Assembly (NCBI GenBank): GCA_013239625.1
Contig: MU054307.1
Coordinates: 1-64,000 of the forward strand
DNA length: 64,000 nucleotides
Reading direction: 5' to 3'
Origin: Lama guanicoe
Lineage: Eukaryota
The first letter of the stretch is position 1, and every line of letters begins with the position of its first letter. This document shows, piece after piece, positions 24,381 through 35,858 of this stretch. The translations under genes were made by a program, and so were the position numbers. Under the pieces are notes generated by a model, which was given only the letters and a program-made list of their open reading frames with translations, did no database searches and had not been told where the DNA came from.

Positions 24381-24582
24381 GTTTCCCTGGAGCCCCCCAC
24401 TCTCCTTCTCTCTCATCTGTGACCGAGGTCCCTACATCCACCTCCTTAACACCTCTCTTCCTTCTCTTTCTTCCGTTCCCATTTCTACTGCTTCAGTGTA
24501 AGTCATCTTTTTTCTAGGTCTACTTTAACAGTCTTTTAACATCTGTGGTAGGCAGAATTTTAAAGATATCTCCCTAGACCTC

Positions 24583-25665
24583 TGGAATGGGAGAAAATAT
24601 TTGCAAATGATGCAACTAACAAAGGTGTAATTTCCAGAATATATAGAAACAGCTCATACAACTTAATGACAAAATAAGTAAATAAATAAACAACCCAATC
24701 CAAAAATGAGCAGAAGACCTAAACAAGCAATTCTCCAATGAAGATATACAAATGGCCAATAGGCACATGAAAAATGCTCAATATTGCTAATTGTCAAAGA
24801 AAAGCAGATCAAAACTACAATGAGATGTCACCTCACACCAATCAGAATGGCCATCATTAAAAAGTCCACAAACGATAAATGCTGGAGAGGCTGTGGAGAA
24901 AAGGGAACCTCCCCTTACACTGCTGGTGGGAATGTAGTTTGGTGCAGCCATTGTGGAAATCAGTATGGCGATTCCTCAAAAAGTGAAAGTAGACTTACCA
25001 TATGATCCAACAATCCCACTCCTGTGCATATATCCAGAAGGAACCTTAATTCAAAAAGATACATGCACCCCAATGTTAACAGCAGCACTATGTACAATAG
25101 CCAAGACATGGAAGCAACCTAAATGTCCACTGAGAGATGGCTGGATAAAGACTATGTGATATATTTATGCAATGGAATACCACTCAGTGATTAAAAAAAT
25201 AATAGAATGCCATTTACAGCAACACGGGTGGACCTGGAGATTGTTAGTCTAAGTGAAATAAGCCAGAAAGAGAAAGAAAAATACCATATGATATCACTTA
25301 ATGTGGAAGCTAAAAAACAAGAAAAAGAAAAAAAAAGAAAAAAGAGGACACTAATGAACTCATCTACAAAACAGAAACAGACTCAGACATAGTAAACAAT
25401 CTTATGCTTACCAGGGGAAAGAGGGTGGGAAGGGACAAATTTGGGAGTTTGAGATTTACAAACGTTAGCCACTATATATAAAAACAGATAAAAAATTTCT
25501 TCTGTGTAGCACAGAGACCTATATTCAATATCTTGTAATAACCTTTAATGAAAATGAATATATGCATATATATGCATGACTGGGACATTATGTTGTACAG
25601 CAGAAATTGACACATTGTAACTGACTATTCTTCAATAAAAATAATTTTAAAATAAATTAAAAAAT
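24583..25665 (+). mobile_element. 5'-truncated L1 3' end
   Basis: QIKTTMRCHLTP, DLPYDPTIPLL, 3' UTR, AATAAA and A tail. Confidence 0.92.
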
Positions 25666-26086
25666 ATATATCCCCCTGGGATTCCTGTCTCCTGGTATCC
25701 AGTTGTTCACCCACCTAGGTAACACTGTAAAGGAACTGTGCATATGTAATTCAGGTTACTAATCAGTTGACAAAAGATCAGGAGCAATTCTAAGCATGAG
25801 AAGGATCTGGCACACCATTGCTCATCCTGAGAGGTAAGGCCCATGTGCTAGATCTAAAAAGAAATCTCGAAGTTGAGGGTGGCTGCCAGCCGATAGCCAA
25901 CAAGGAAACCAAATTCTACAACCACCAGCAACTGAATTCTGCCAACAACCTGAATGAATGTGGAAATGGATTCTTCCCAGGTTATCAGTAAGAACCCAGC
26001 CAGCCTTATGAAATCCAGAGCAGAGAAACCAGAAGAGCCAACTCAGACTTCTGACTTGTGGAACGGTGAGATAATACATTCCTGTC

Positions 26087-26354
26087 TTTTTTTTTTTTTT
26101 TGGCAGGCAAGCACTGGGATTTTAATACACGGCACGACACTCGAGACAAGGGCGGGCAGAAGTGCAGGCCAGAAGACTCCACAGTCCAGGGACGGTCGGT
26201 CTTTTGGAAAGTACATTTGTGCGTTTCTCCAGAATACTCAGTAGTAAGGCCGCCTTGGGTTGTTCAGGGGGTTGGGCCGGAAGCGGTAAGCCAGCATCAT
26301 CCTCTTGCGGAAGGCCTCATACTCATCATCTTCCTTGGAGAGTTCAGCTGCCCG
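26087..26354 (-). pseudogene. SUGP1: 5'-truncated processed pseudogene of SUGP1 (SF4)
   Basis: Minus strand 26354-26238 reads [38 protein letters not shown], the recalled SUGP1 C-terminus. It is followed by a 3' UTR, ATTAAA (26121-26126) and a poly(A) tail (T run 26087-26101). TSD catt(c/a)ctgtc at 26077-26086 and 26355-26364. Confidence 0.92.
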
Positions 26355-26949
26355 CATTACTGTCATTTTAAGCTGCTAAGTTTGAGGTCATTTGTAATGG
26401 CAACCAGAGGAAGCCAGCACGACTTGTCTCCCCACTTTGAGTCCTGCTCTTTCAGCCTAAACTTCCAATTGCCACCAGAGTGAGCTTTTAAAATGACACA
26501 TCTGATTATTTAGTCTGCTGTCTGTTAACACAAGTTTTATCTGTAATATATCATCTACATATAATTTTAAAAAGATCACTGGGTGTCTGACTTGGGTTTG
26601 CATCAATTTTATGAATTTTGCTTTTACACCTGATCAGCCCTCTTTCTCAGGTGGTTCTTCCATGTCTGATGCAGAAAAAACAAGGGGACACATCTAGAAA
26701 TGTAGTGGGCTGTATGTTCAGTTAAGAAGGAAATTATGATTGTGTAGCGACCAGAACTTCAGCTAAGACTGTGGTTATGGAAATGAGAAAAAGGAAAAGA
26801 CTGGAAGATATATTTAGAAAAATAAAACGGGCATCACTGTTTTTGTTATACATGTGTGTTTGTGTGTGTATAAATACACACACATATTTTTAATGTATTT
26901 TTAAAATTTACATCCCTTGCCTCCGGGCCCTGGGGGGAGGGATCCCAAG

Positions 26950-28310
26950 ACCAGGGTTTCCCCAACATGGTCGCAGGGGGCTCCATTCTAGAACGGGGTG
27001 GGTGGCCCACCTACCAGGCCCCATCCCACAGCAGAAGAGGGATGAGAACAGGGTCTCCGTCGCACAGTCCGACAGCGAAGCCCCTGGCGCTTCTCTTCCC
27101 GGGGCCCCAGGTGGGGGCAGAGGCGGCAGCAGAAACCACGGAGGCTGCGGGGGTACAGGGGGTTCCGAGGTCCAGGGAGACCCGACTTCAGAAGCGGAGA
27201 AACCCCCACTTTGTTTGCCAACTGGACACAGGTGTGAAACGGATGCCTCAGCGCACCCCCTGCCCCGTGAGTCTTTTTCTTTTTCGGAGGGCGTGTGAAA
27301 CTGATCTTTTTGAGAAGTAAGAAACTGCACTTTTTTTGTAGGGTAGCTGAAACCGATTTTAAGGCAGACAGCGGGGTTGAGGGGCTAAGATAGGCTTTTC
27401 TAGGGGAGCTGAGGGAGTTCTGGGGTGTCATAATGACTTCCGGGGACTCGAAGCGGACTAGGAAGGTGTGTGAAGCCAGTTAGGGAAAAGGAAAGCAAGG
27501 AAAGTCTTCCTTTGCCGGGGAGGGGTGGGAGGAGGCCCCGGAAACCAATACCCGCCTCACCCCCCGCAGCCCGTGGGGCAGGAGCGGCCCGGGAGCCCTT
27601 TGAAGCTCGGGCTGCAGCCGCCACCACCGCGCTGCTCGACCGGGAGCCGCCGCCCGCGCCCGGGTAACGCGGAGCAGATGTGTCCCCCGGCCCCGCCAAG
27701 CTCCCGGCCGGTGCCCTTAGGCGCTTGTCCCACCTCCCCCGGAAACAGAAGGACACTCCGTCTCCCTCGCTGGCTCCCCTCCAAACGCCGGCGCTGGCCG
27801 GGCCCCCGGCGGAGGGGCGCCCGGGGTCCCCGCGCCGCTGCCCCGCCGCGAAGTTGGGCGGCCCGGCGGCGCCCCCCGCGCCCTCGCCAGGATCCGCAAA
27901 GCTTCCCGAAGTGCCGGCCGGCGGGGGCGCGCGAAGTTGGAGGACAGTGACACCGACCGCGCCGCCCCGGCCCGGCCTGCGTCCTGGAGCCGCGCGGGGA
28001 CGCCCGGCCCGCTGGGCACCGAGCAGCGGAGGGTCCCAGGCTGCTCAGCTGCGCGGCGTGGCCCGGGCCGCAGCGCGCGGGCACGCGGAGCGGGGCGGGT
28101 GTGGGGGGGGGGTGCGGGGCGGCGGCATGAACGGCCCCGCTGCAAAGGGGCGTCGCAGCCCGAGGGGCGCGCCTGGGCGGCGGCGCGTGGTCCGGTTCCC
28201 CGCCTGTCCTTCCTGCCTGTCCTGCGTGGCGGGAGCGCTGATGGAGGCGGCGGGCGCAGAGCCCCCGGTGTCAGCCCGCCGTGTCCCTGGTATCAATCCG
28301 GCTGCTACCA
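26950..28310. promoter_or_regulatory. Strong CpG island / promoter
   Basis: Very high GC and CpG density over >1 kb; ETS motif ACTTCCGG at 27436-27443; possible + donor CGG|GTAACG at 27664. Confidence 0.85.
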
Positions 28311-28668
28311 ATGTATTTTTTATATAAAGCAATTCATGCTCATGGGAAAATTCAACAAGCACAGAAGAGCTGAGACAGGAGGCCAAAACTGGCAGCTCAC
28401 AGATAAATCCAACCAGTCAAAGGGCTTCATTTGACTCATACAAGTCTTGTTTTATTTTAAAATCTGAACTTGAGTGATGTTAGATGGTTATGCATTTTTT
28501 AATTTGCCACAGCTTCGCTCCCTACCCCACTCTTTCCTAGTTTTATGCCTGACCTCATTCACACATTTACGGTTCCTGCTTTGTTCTTGGTCACATGAGT
28601 TTGTACTCTGGGCATAAACTATAAAGGCCCTACCATCTCCACAACCCCCCTAATTGTATGGTCTAGAG

Positions 28669-28892
28669 CAGAATTTCTCAACAGTGGCACTTTTTTTTTT
28701 TTAGTGGCACTCATGATATATTAAAATAGAGAAGTCTTTGGGAAGGTAGCCCTGTTCACTGCAGGGTTGGAGCAGTACCCCAGGCCTCTACCCATTAGAT
28801 GTCCCCAGTTGTATCCCCAAATCTTAACAAATTAACACTGTCTCCCAAGACTGCTACCCAGGGAAGAAATTACCCACAGTTGAGAATCATGT
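28669..28892. mobile_element. MER20-like hAT-Charlie MITE
   Basis: cagaatttctcaac ... gttgagaatcatg termini; ggcctctacccattagatg internal motif. Confidence 0.65.
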
Positions 28893-31800
28893 CCTAGAAA
28901 AACCTCTGGTAAGAGTTTCTAAGGTATACAGACTCTTCTTATGTCAGTAACAGCAATTACATATCTTTGTGTCTCCATCCTTTTTTTAAAACTTATTTTC
29001 ACTCTCAACAATTGATCACAAACGTCATTCCTTATTCTCATGTGCAAGTATACCATAGACATATTTGGAAACAGCTGAAGAGATTTTCACTCTATGGGGA
29101 TATAATTTATTTCATCAGCCTTACACCCTCACACAGCATTGATGGTTTTTTCACCTGTGTGCCTGAAAAAGGCTAGAGATCGTGAAATAATGGCCTGTGA
29201 GGATGAAGAGAGATGACACGTATATGGGGACAGTCAGAGAGTTAAAGGAAGGGGCTTTATATGCCAATGCTGCTGTTTGGTTTGCTGCTTTGCAAGAGTC
29301 GGGTAGAGAGCAGCTGACTGCTTTCCCTGAGACCCTGCTTTGTGCTGAAAGAGAGTCCACAGAGAATGGGGATTTAAGATCACACTAGGGGATGTCCATG
29401 TGAGGCACAGATGGTTATGATGTCAAGAAGGGAAAGCGAGAGTTACGGAGGTGAGAAAGGGACTTGTAGGGATAAAGGCAAGACTGCTGCAAGTGTGGGA
29501 CACGTAACCTTCCGTATTAGTTTGTTTCCACCCACAAGCATGATAACAGTTACCTTCCGCTGCCTGGGTGGTGGCACCTCAAACAGAAGCAGCTCCCCTG
29601 CTGCGTGGCACCCAGGATTCATGCCCCAGGAGCACAGGGCAGATGGGCCCGAGGCAGGCTCTGTCGGTGGACCGGGGAAGTGTCTTTCCACTGTTCAACA
29701 GTCCCCAGGCTGGGCGGGTCACAGGTCACACCACCCCGTGACTGTCACCTCTCTCCCCCAAAGAGTGGGCCTCATAGTGAACAAGATCCAGACAACTTGC
29801 TCTTTTCTAGAAGATTCACTCAAATTCACAAAATATTCAATTATGTTACTCTAAAATAAGCTGTCATTTTGTGTATAATTTTCTCTTAACTCATCAGGAT
29901 TTTGTTAGTGGTAATAAATGCCTCAGACCCCTCTTGTAGAAATAACTGTGACAAGTAACAAAATACAAAATAAAGAAAGAAAGACAATAAAGAAAGAAAG
30001 ACCTTTTGGTACTTTTGTGATTAGTTTGTTGCTTTGTGAGCTCTTCCAAAGCAAGACTGGGCTGTGGAACAGCTGCCCACTTCTCCTGACACCCTTGGCT
30101 TCATGGCAGTTAGACTACTCCATTCTTGAACAAACCTCAAAATCTGGCAGAAACTGAGATGATGAAAAGGGTGTACAGCTCACCAAGCATCTTCCTTTGA
30201 AAGTGAGGCTACTTATAACATCGGAAACTGTTGTTTTATTGTATCCCCCCTAGTCTTTGAGTTCCACAGTTTAAGGCGTTCCCCAGTTTGCTGCAGGTTT
30301 CCTGTCTTTACTGTGAAGTCTCTGGCCAGTTCTGTGGAGGTCTCTTTCAAGGCAAAGGCTCTCGAAAGTCACGTTTCAGGACACTCAGTACATGTCCTGA
30401 GTGGCTGACAGCAATAAGGTGTTTGTTGAGACCAAAAGCGGTCTGGCTGTTGGAAGCACAGATCCGCCAGTGGCCAAGGCAAAACTGGCCTTGGGGACAG
30501 CAGGTCTTGTGGTGGTGACAGAGTGACAGTGCAACATCTGAGAATCACGTGTGCTTGGCTGCCTAAATTATCACAGGGTAAAACCATCCATAACAAATCC
30601 TGGCCATTTCACGAGGGTGACTGTTACTCTTATTAGCTAATGATGCATAATTGGCTATTTTCTGGCAATCTGAGAATCAAGATTAGACGATACCAAAAAA
30701 GAAAGAAAGAAAGAAAGGCTTAAGACAGGTGCAGCCGACCACGGGCAATGTTTAATTTCCACTCAAAAGGCAAAAACATAAACACTATTTTCTTGTAAAA
30801 AGTGGTGTCCTGCATGCCGGGTTGGCCACTGCACATACTCACCCTTCTTGACAGTGAAGAGAAACAGAGCACAGATCAGAAGGAAGGCCTCCCCAGCGGG
30901 CACCCATGGCTGCACACCGGTGCATCCAACCTCAAATCTAGAGTCACCCAACATGGTGTCAACCCTGCTCTCAGAACCTGTCAGTGTTAAAACTTAACCT
31001 ACAAAGATACAATGTGATTCTGTCAGATGCAAACATTACAGCTGCTAATCCTGTGAATGAGAAATTAAATGATGTGAGGATGATTCTAGCCACAGAAACA
31101 GCAAACCCTAGGTGTGATCATTCACCAAAGAAATAGATTTCATATTTATTCTTAGCACCAGGGTAATTCATAGGCCCTGCCTGGGCTGATGAAAATGCAA
31201 CCAGTGATTTGACTCTGAAGCAGGCCACAAAGTGCTCTGCTTTTATGAAACTCAAAAATGGTCATTAAAATGACTCAACTAATGTTCATTTAAAACAAAC
31301 ACATGGGACCATTCTTTCCAGGGAGTCATTTTGTTTCAGCTAAAATCTTGCTGGTAAATCTTCCCAAAGGTCTAATTTTACATCCAAAGGAGTAAAATTA
31401 CAATTCGTCTGGCTTCCATCCTGACTAGAAATTAGGAAGGCATTATTAATCCACTTTGTCTTTAGGCAGTAACAGTTATTTTAAAAGCAAAGAATTCTCT
31501 TCTGGCATAACATTCCCGGTCTCCCAAAAGAGAAACTGAGGCAGCACCTTCCAGACCAAATTCTATGCACACAGCTCCCAGGAAGGATGCTGCGTGGAGC
31601 ATGAGGCCCAGGCGCTCCACTGCCCTGAGGGTCCTGCCATATTCAGTCTTAAGGGTAAATAACACCATGGAGACGGGTGTGGTCTGTTACACATGAGGTT
31701 TAAACATGAAGTGTTTCTTTTATAAAAAGAAAGAACAATCTCTGTACATGGAAGTCTCCTGTATAAGCAAGAGTTGAACCCACATTCATCTAATTCTCTC

Positions 31801-32993
31801 AGCCAAACAGAAAGGTTACAGCTCCCACGATCACTTTGGGAAAAAACATTCAAAGAGTACCTACATATTGATTAAGAGTTTAGATATGTAACCATTGTTC
31901 TAAACTCTGCATTTAGACATGGGATTCTGGCTGAGATGAGCATTTCTTTAGCGGCATACTGTTAACACGACATACGATGCTGAACATCTGTTTCTGTGCT
32001 TGCTGTTAAGAGGGTGTTCTTTCTGGCAGTGAACGAGGGCTTTTACCTACATTTCTGCTTCTAGATTTTATTTCAGCTCTCCTAGGGACAAAAGGAAAGC
32101 TTTCATCTGAACGCTCCTGTAGCTGTGAAAAACCCTGTTGACATTTCATCTGCTTAGTGGCTGATGTTTCAAAAATTGATTGAATAGCATTCTATGGTAA
32201 GGGGACTTATAAGTATTTAGAAGAGTTATAAAAATGCACTTGAGACCCTGGAGAGGAGGTTAGATTAGTGAGGTGGCCTGTGCTGTGCAGGCTGGGTCGT
32301 AGAGCCGGAGTGTGGCTCGGGGAGGCTGTTGTGATATATTCTTGGTTGCAGACACACCTCACTCTCTGCCAGGACTTCACAGGGTCTCTCTGATCTCCAA
32401 CCAGAGAGGGAAACACTGATCAGATGGTTCAGAGCAGAGCCTTCACTGTGCGGAGTGAAATGGTTAGTGTTTAAGGGCGTCTGGCTTCCTGACCTTCAAG
32501 CCCATGGGGGATGAGTTCTCTGTTATGCTTCTGTGATGGTCAGACAAGCAGGGCCTGGAACTGGCCCCATGTGGCAGAGAGGGAGGCTCAGGCACTTGGA
32601 TCTGTCTCTAGGTGAGCATGGGGTCCCTGGTGTCCCCCAAGTCTAGAGGTTCCACCTGGTGGACCAGGGTCCAAGCTTTTAAGAGAAACACTGTGCACAG
32701 CCTGCTTCACTCTGGATGGTGGGCACACAATGAAGGCTTCTTGGGGCTTCTGGTACTCATGACCCTAGCCCTCTCCTAATCTTCTAGCAATATCTTCTGA
32801 TCTTCAGTTAGACCTGAAGACTACAACGTGGCTCACCATCTATCTGTATCTAATATCTGGGTCAGCAGGATGCCTGTGACTAAGTTTGGGCAGCTCTAGC
32901 CTATCTTGAAAAAGGCATTCTTTCAATAGAATGGCCCATGAGTTTAAAGAAGTCACAAGTATTATTTTATGATACTTAGATTAGAAATTTGAA

Positions 32994-33887
32994 ACTAAAT
33001 ATGCAATTCTCCATTGAAGACATACAAATGACCAATAGGTGCATGAAAAAAAGCTCAGTATCACTAATTATCACAGAAATGCAAATTAAAACTACAATGA
33101 GGTATCACTTCACACCAGCCAGAATGGCCATCATTCAAAAGTCCACAAACGATAGATGCTGGAGAGGGTGAGGAGGAAAGGGAACCTTCCTACATTGTTG
33201 GTGGGAATGTAGTTTGGGGCAGCCATTAGGGAAAACAGTATGGAGATTCTTCAAAAAACTAAAAATAGACTCACCATATGGTCCAGCAATCCCAATTCAA
33301 AAAGATACGTGCACCCACAGCAGCACTATTTAGAACAGCCAAGACATGGAAACAACCTAAATGTCCATCGACAGACGACAGGATAAGGAAATTGTGGTAT
33401 ATTTATACAATGGAATACTACTCAGCCATAAAAATAATGAAATAATGCCATTCACAGCAACATAGATGGACCTAGAGATTGTCATTCTAAGTGAAGTAAG
33501 CCAGAAAGGGAAAGAAAAATATCATATGATACCACTTCCATGTGGAATCTAAAAAAAAAAAGACAAACGAACTTCTTTACAAAACAGAAACAGACTCACA
33601 GACATAGAAAACAAACTTATGGCTACTGGGGAAGGAAGAGGGTGGAAAGGGAAAAATGGGAGTTTGAAATTTACAGATACTAATATATATAAAACAGATA
33701 AGCAATAGTTCATACTATATAGCACAGGGAACTATATTCAATATTTTATAGTAACTTATGGTTAAAAAAGAATGTGAAAATGAATTTATGTATGTATATG
33801 TATGACTGAAGCATTATTCTGTACACCAGAAATTGACACAACATTGTAAACCAACTATACATGAATTAAAAAAATACAAAACAAAAA
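32994..33887 (+). mobile_element. 5'-truncated L1 3' end with TSD
   Basis: [22 protein letters not shown], 3' UTR, A tail; TSD agaaatttgaa at 32983-32993 and 33888-33898. Confidence 0.92.
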
Positions 33888-34361
33888 AGAAATTTGAATC
33901 TTTAGACCAAACACAAGGGTTCATAATCGCAGACATTTTTTTCCTCAAATACAGTGTTTAACCCGGACCGAGGGTTCTCACATGGTCTCCAAGACCCTTT
34001 CTGAAGGTCCAGAGTCACAAGCGTTTTCATTGTAACAGTAAAACATTATTTGCCTTTTTCACTGCTGTTCTCTCATGAATGCACGGTGACGTTTTCCACA
34101 CACAGGCAGAGATGATAGTCCCACTGTCTTCAATTAAGTCTTTAGAGAAAATTGCTAAAACTGTAAAACAGTGCCAATCTCCTTATTAAATGTCATTTTT
34201 GTTTCGGAAAATGTGTTTTTAAATAAATATAAACTTTTAATATAAATATGTAATGGATTTATTATTGCTACTTTAAATGAATTCATAAATGAGTATTTTA
34301 GTTTCCATTTTAATTTCAAATACAGTAAATATCAATAGATATAACCCACATAAACAAGTTC

Positions 34362-35858
34362 TTTTTTATTTTCTATTTTTAAAATATATTTTGTTATTTT
34401 GACACTTTAAAAATCCATTATTTAATTGTACACATTACAAATATATACTGTAGAACCACTTAATGGTATATTATGACATAAGCACACCATTAACGTCAGC
34501 ATTAGTTGATAGCATGTAACGTACACACTATTATATGACAGATGCAGACAATAGGTTTTCTCTCATATTTGGTTTTTAGGAAGCTGAACCACGACGTGTT
34601 CATCCTGGTTTTCTCCCTCGCCCAGCGCGTGGTCGGGAGTCGTGCTGCCGGGGACCTTCCCTGCTGACCCCGCGCTGGGTGCACGTCCCCACGTCTCTTC
34701 CTCCTGTGTCTTCCTTCCTGCGTCTGGTTTCCATCTCTTCCGGTCAACCTGAACTCTTGTACTTGTCCGTCTAGGACGCCCCTCTGCTTGTCATCACAGC
34801 CGCGATTCTCTGCTGAGATGCTCTGCCTTCCCGCCCGGCCTGCCGTCCTTCCAGCTAATGGACACAGTGACACCATCTCTTAGGCCTGTCCACCCTCCCA
34901 TCGGGGGGCTGCTCCGATGGCCTCCAATCCCAACTGCGCCTCGGAGTCCCGGGGGCACGGCGATGGGCTTGGCTTCGCCCACAGCAGACACATGAGACGC
35001 GCCCTCGGGAAGGGCTCTCCCGGCTCCCTGCTCTCTGGCTCAGGGGAAATCCCGCCATGCAGGGTGCTGGCCGACACCCTCCCACGGCTGGTGCGCCCGG
35101 TCCGTATGGCTTTCTGGCCATCTGAAGGAGGAGAGCTATGGGTGTGGAGGCAGGGAGCCCAGGAGCCTGGGGCCTGGGGCCCTTCCGAATGAGCTTGCCT
35201 GTGCTGGTGCTGGGGCCCGGGGATGGACGGGCGTTGGGTGGAACAGGGAGGTGGGAAGCGCGCCCTGCCTGTCGGGAAAGGCTGCGGGCCGGTCCTCCCT
35301 CTGCGCCCTGCTGTGGTCATCCCTCAGCGGGAACAGCTGCTCCTCCCCTTTGTCCCACCGCTCCAGGCAGCTCCACAGCCAGTCGGGGTTGATCACCTGC
35401 AGCTGCCCGCACCCATGTGCCTGGGGCACCTTCTCCGTGCCCGCCCGCCGCGATCGGGTGGGTGGCCCCGTCGGGGCGTCGGGATCCAGCACCAGCTGGG
35501 TGAGGATGCGAGCGGAGGGCCCTGGCGTGGTGGTGCTCTCACGTCTTCTCCACTGGGAAGTCAGTGAGGCGGGGAGAAGGGGGTCGGGTTGTGCAGCCCA
35601 CTGAAGATGATAGCGACACTGGCCAGCACCCTGCTCCTGAGCTCAGGCACAATCTTTCGGATGGGGGGTGCGGGGGGTGATCCCGGGCCTCCCCGTGAAG
35701 TAAGAGGTCGTACTTGGCCTAGTAGTCAGGGTGTATGCGGGCCGGGATCTCCTCCAGATGCCCTAGGTGGTCGTCGGCGTCCTCTTCTTCTGCGCTTTGG
35801 TCCGGGGACTGGCCCACGGTGATGCCGGCCTGCTGGCTGTTCTGCGGCTCCGCCTCGG
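34362..35858 (-). pseudogene. CTDP1: 5'-truncated processed pseudogene of CTDP1 (FCP1), BRCT region plus probable 3' UTR
   Basis: Minus-strand peptides EEEDADDHLGHLEEIPARIHPDY* and RAGTEKVPQAHGCGQLQVINPDWLWSCLERWDKGEEQLFPLRDDH match the recalled FCP1 BRCT region. Intronless, with stops and frameshifts; A-rich end near 34362. Confidence 0.9.

Larger units (their letters stand above)
24544..26420 (+). mobile_element. MaLR (MLT1-type) LTR split by an L1 and the SUGP1 retrocopy
   Basis: Starts tgtggtaggcagaat; internal gaattctgccaacaacctgaatga; ends ttttaagctgctaagtttg...gtaatggcaac. Confidence 0.75.

Noticed and set aside
27400..28434. Several 110-215 aa ORFs on both strands
   Set aside because: Arg/Gly/Pro/Ala-rich overlapping frames are expected from stop-codon scarcity in a CpG island; no recognisable domain.
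32520..32615. Segment ending in a donor with GQT..PH residues reminiscent of KHDC1 exon 2
   Set aside because: Too few matching residues to distinguish from chance.
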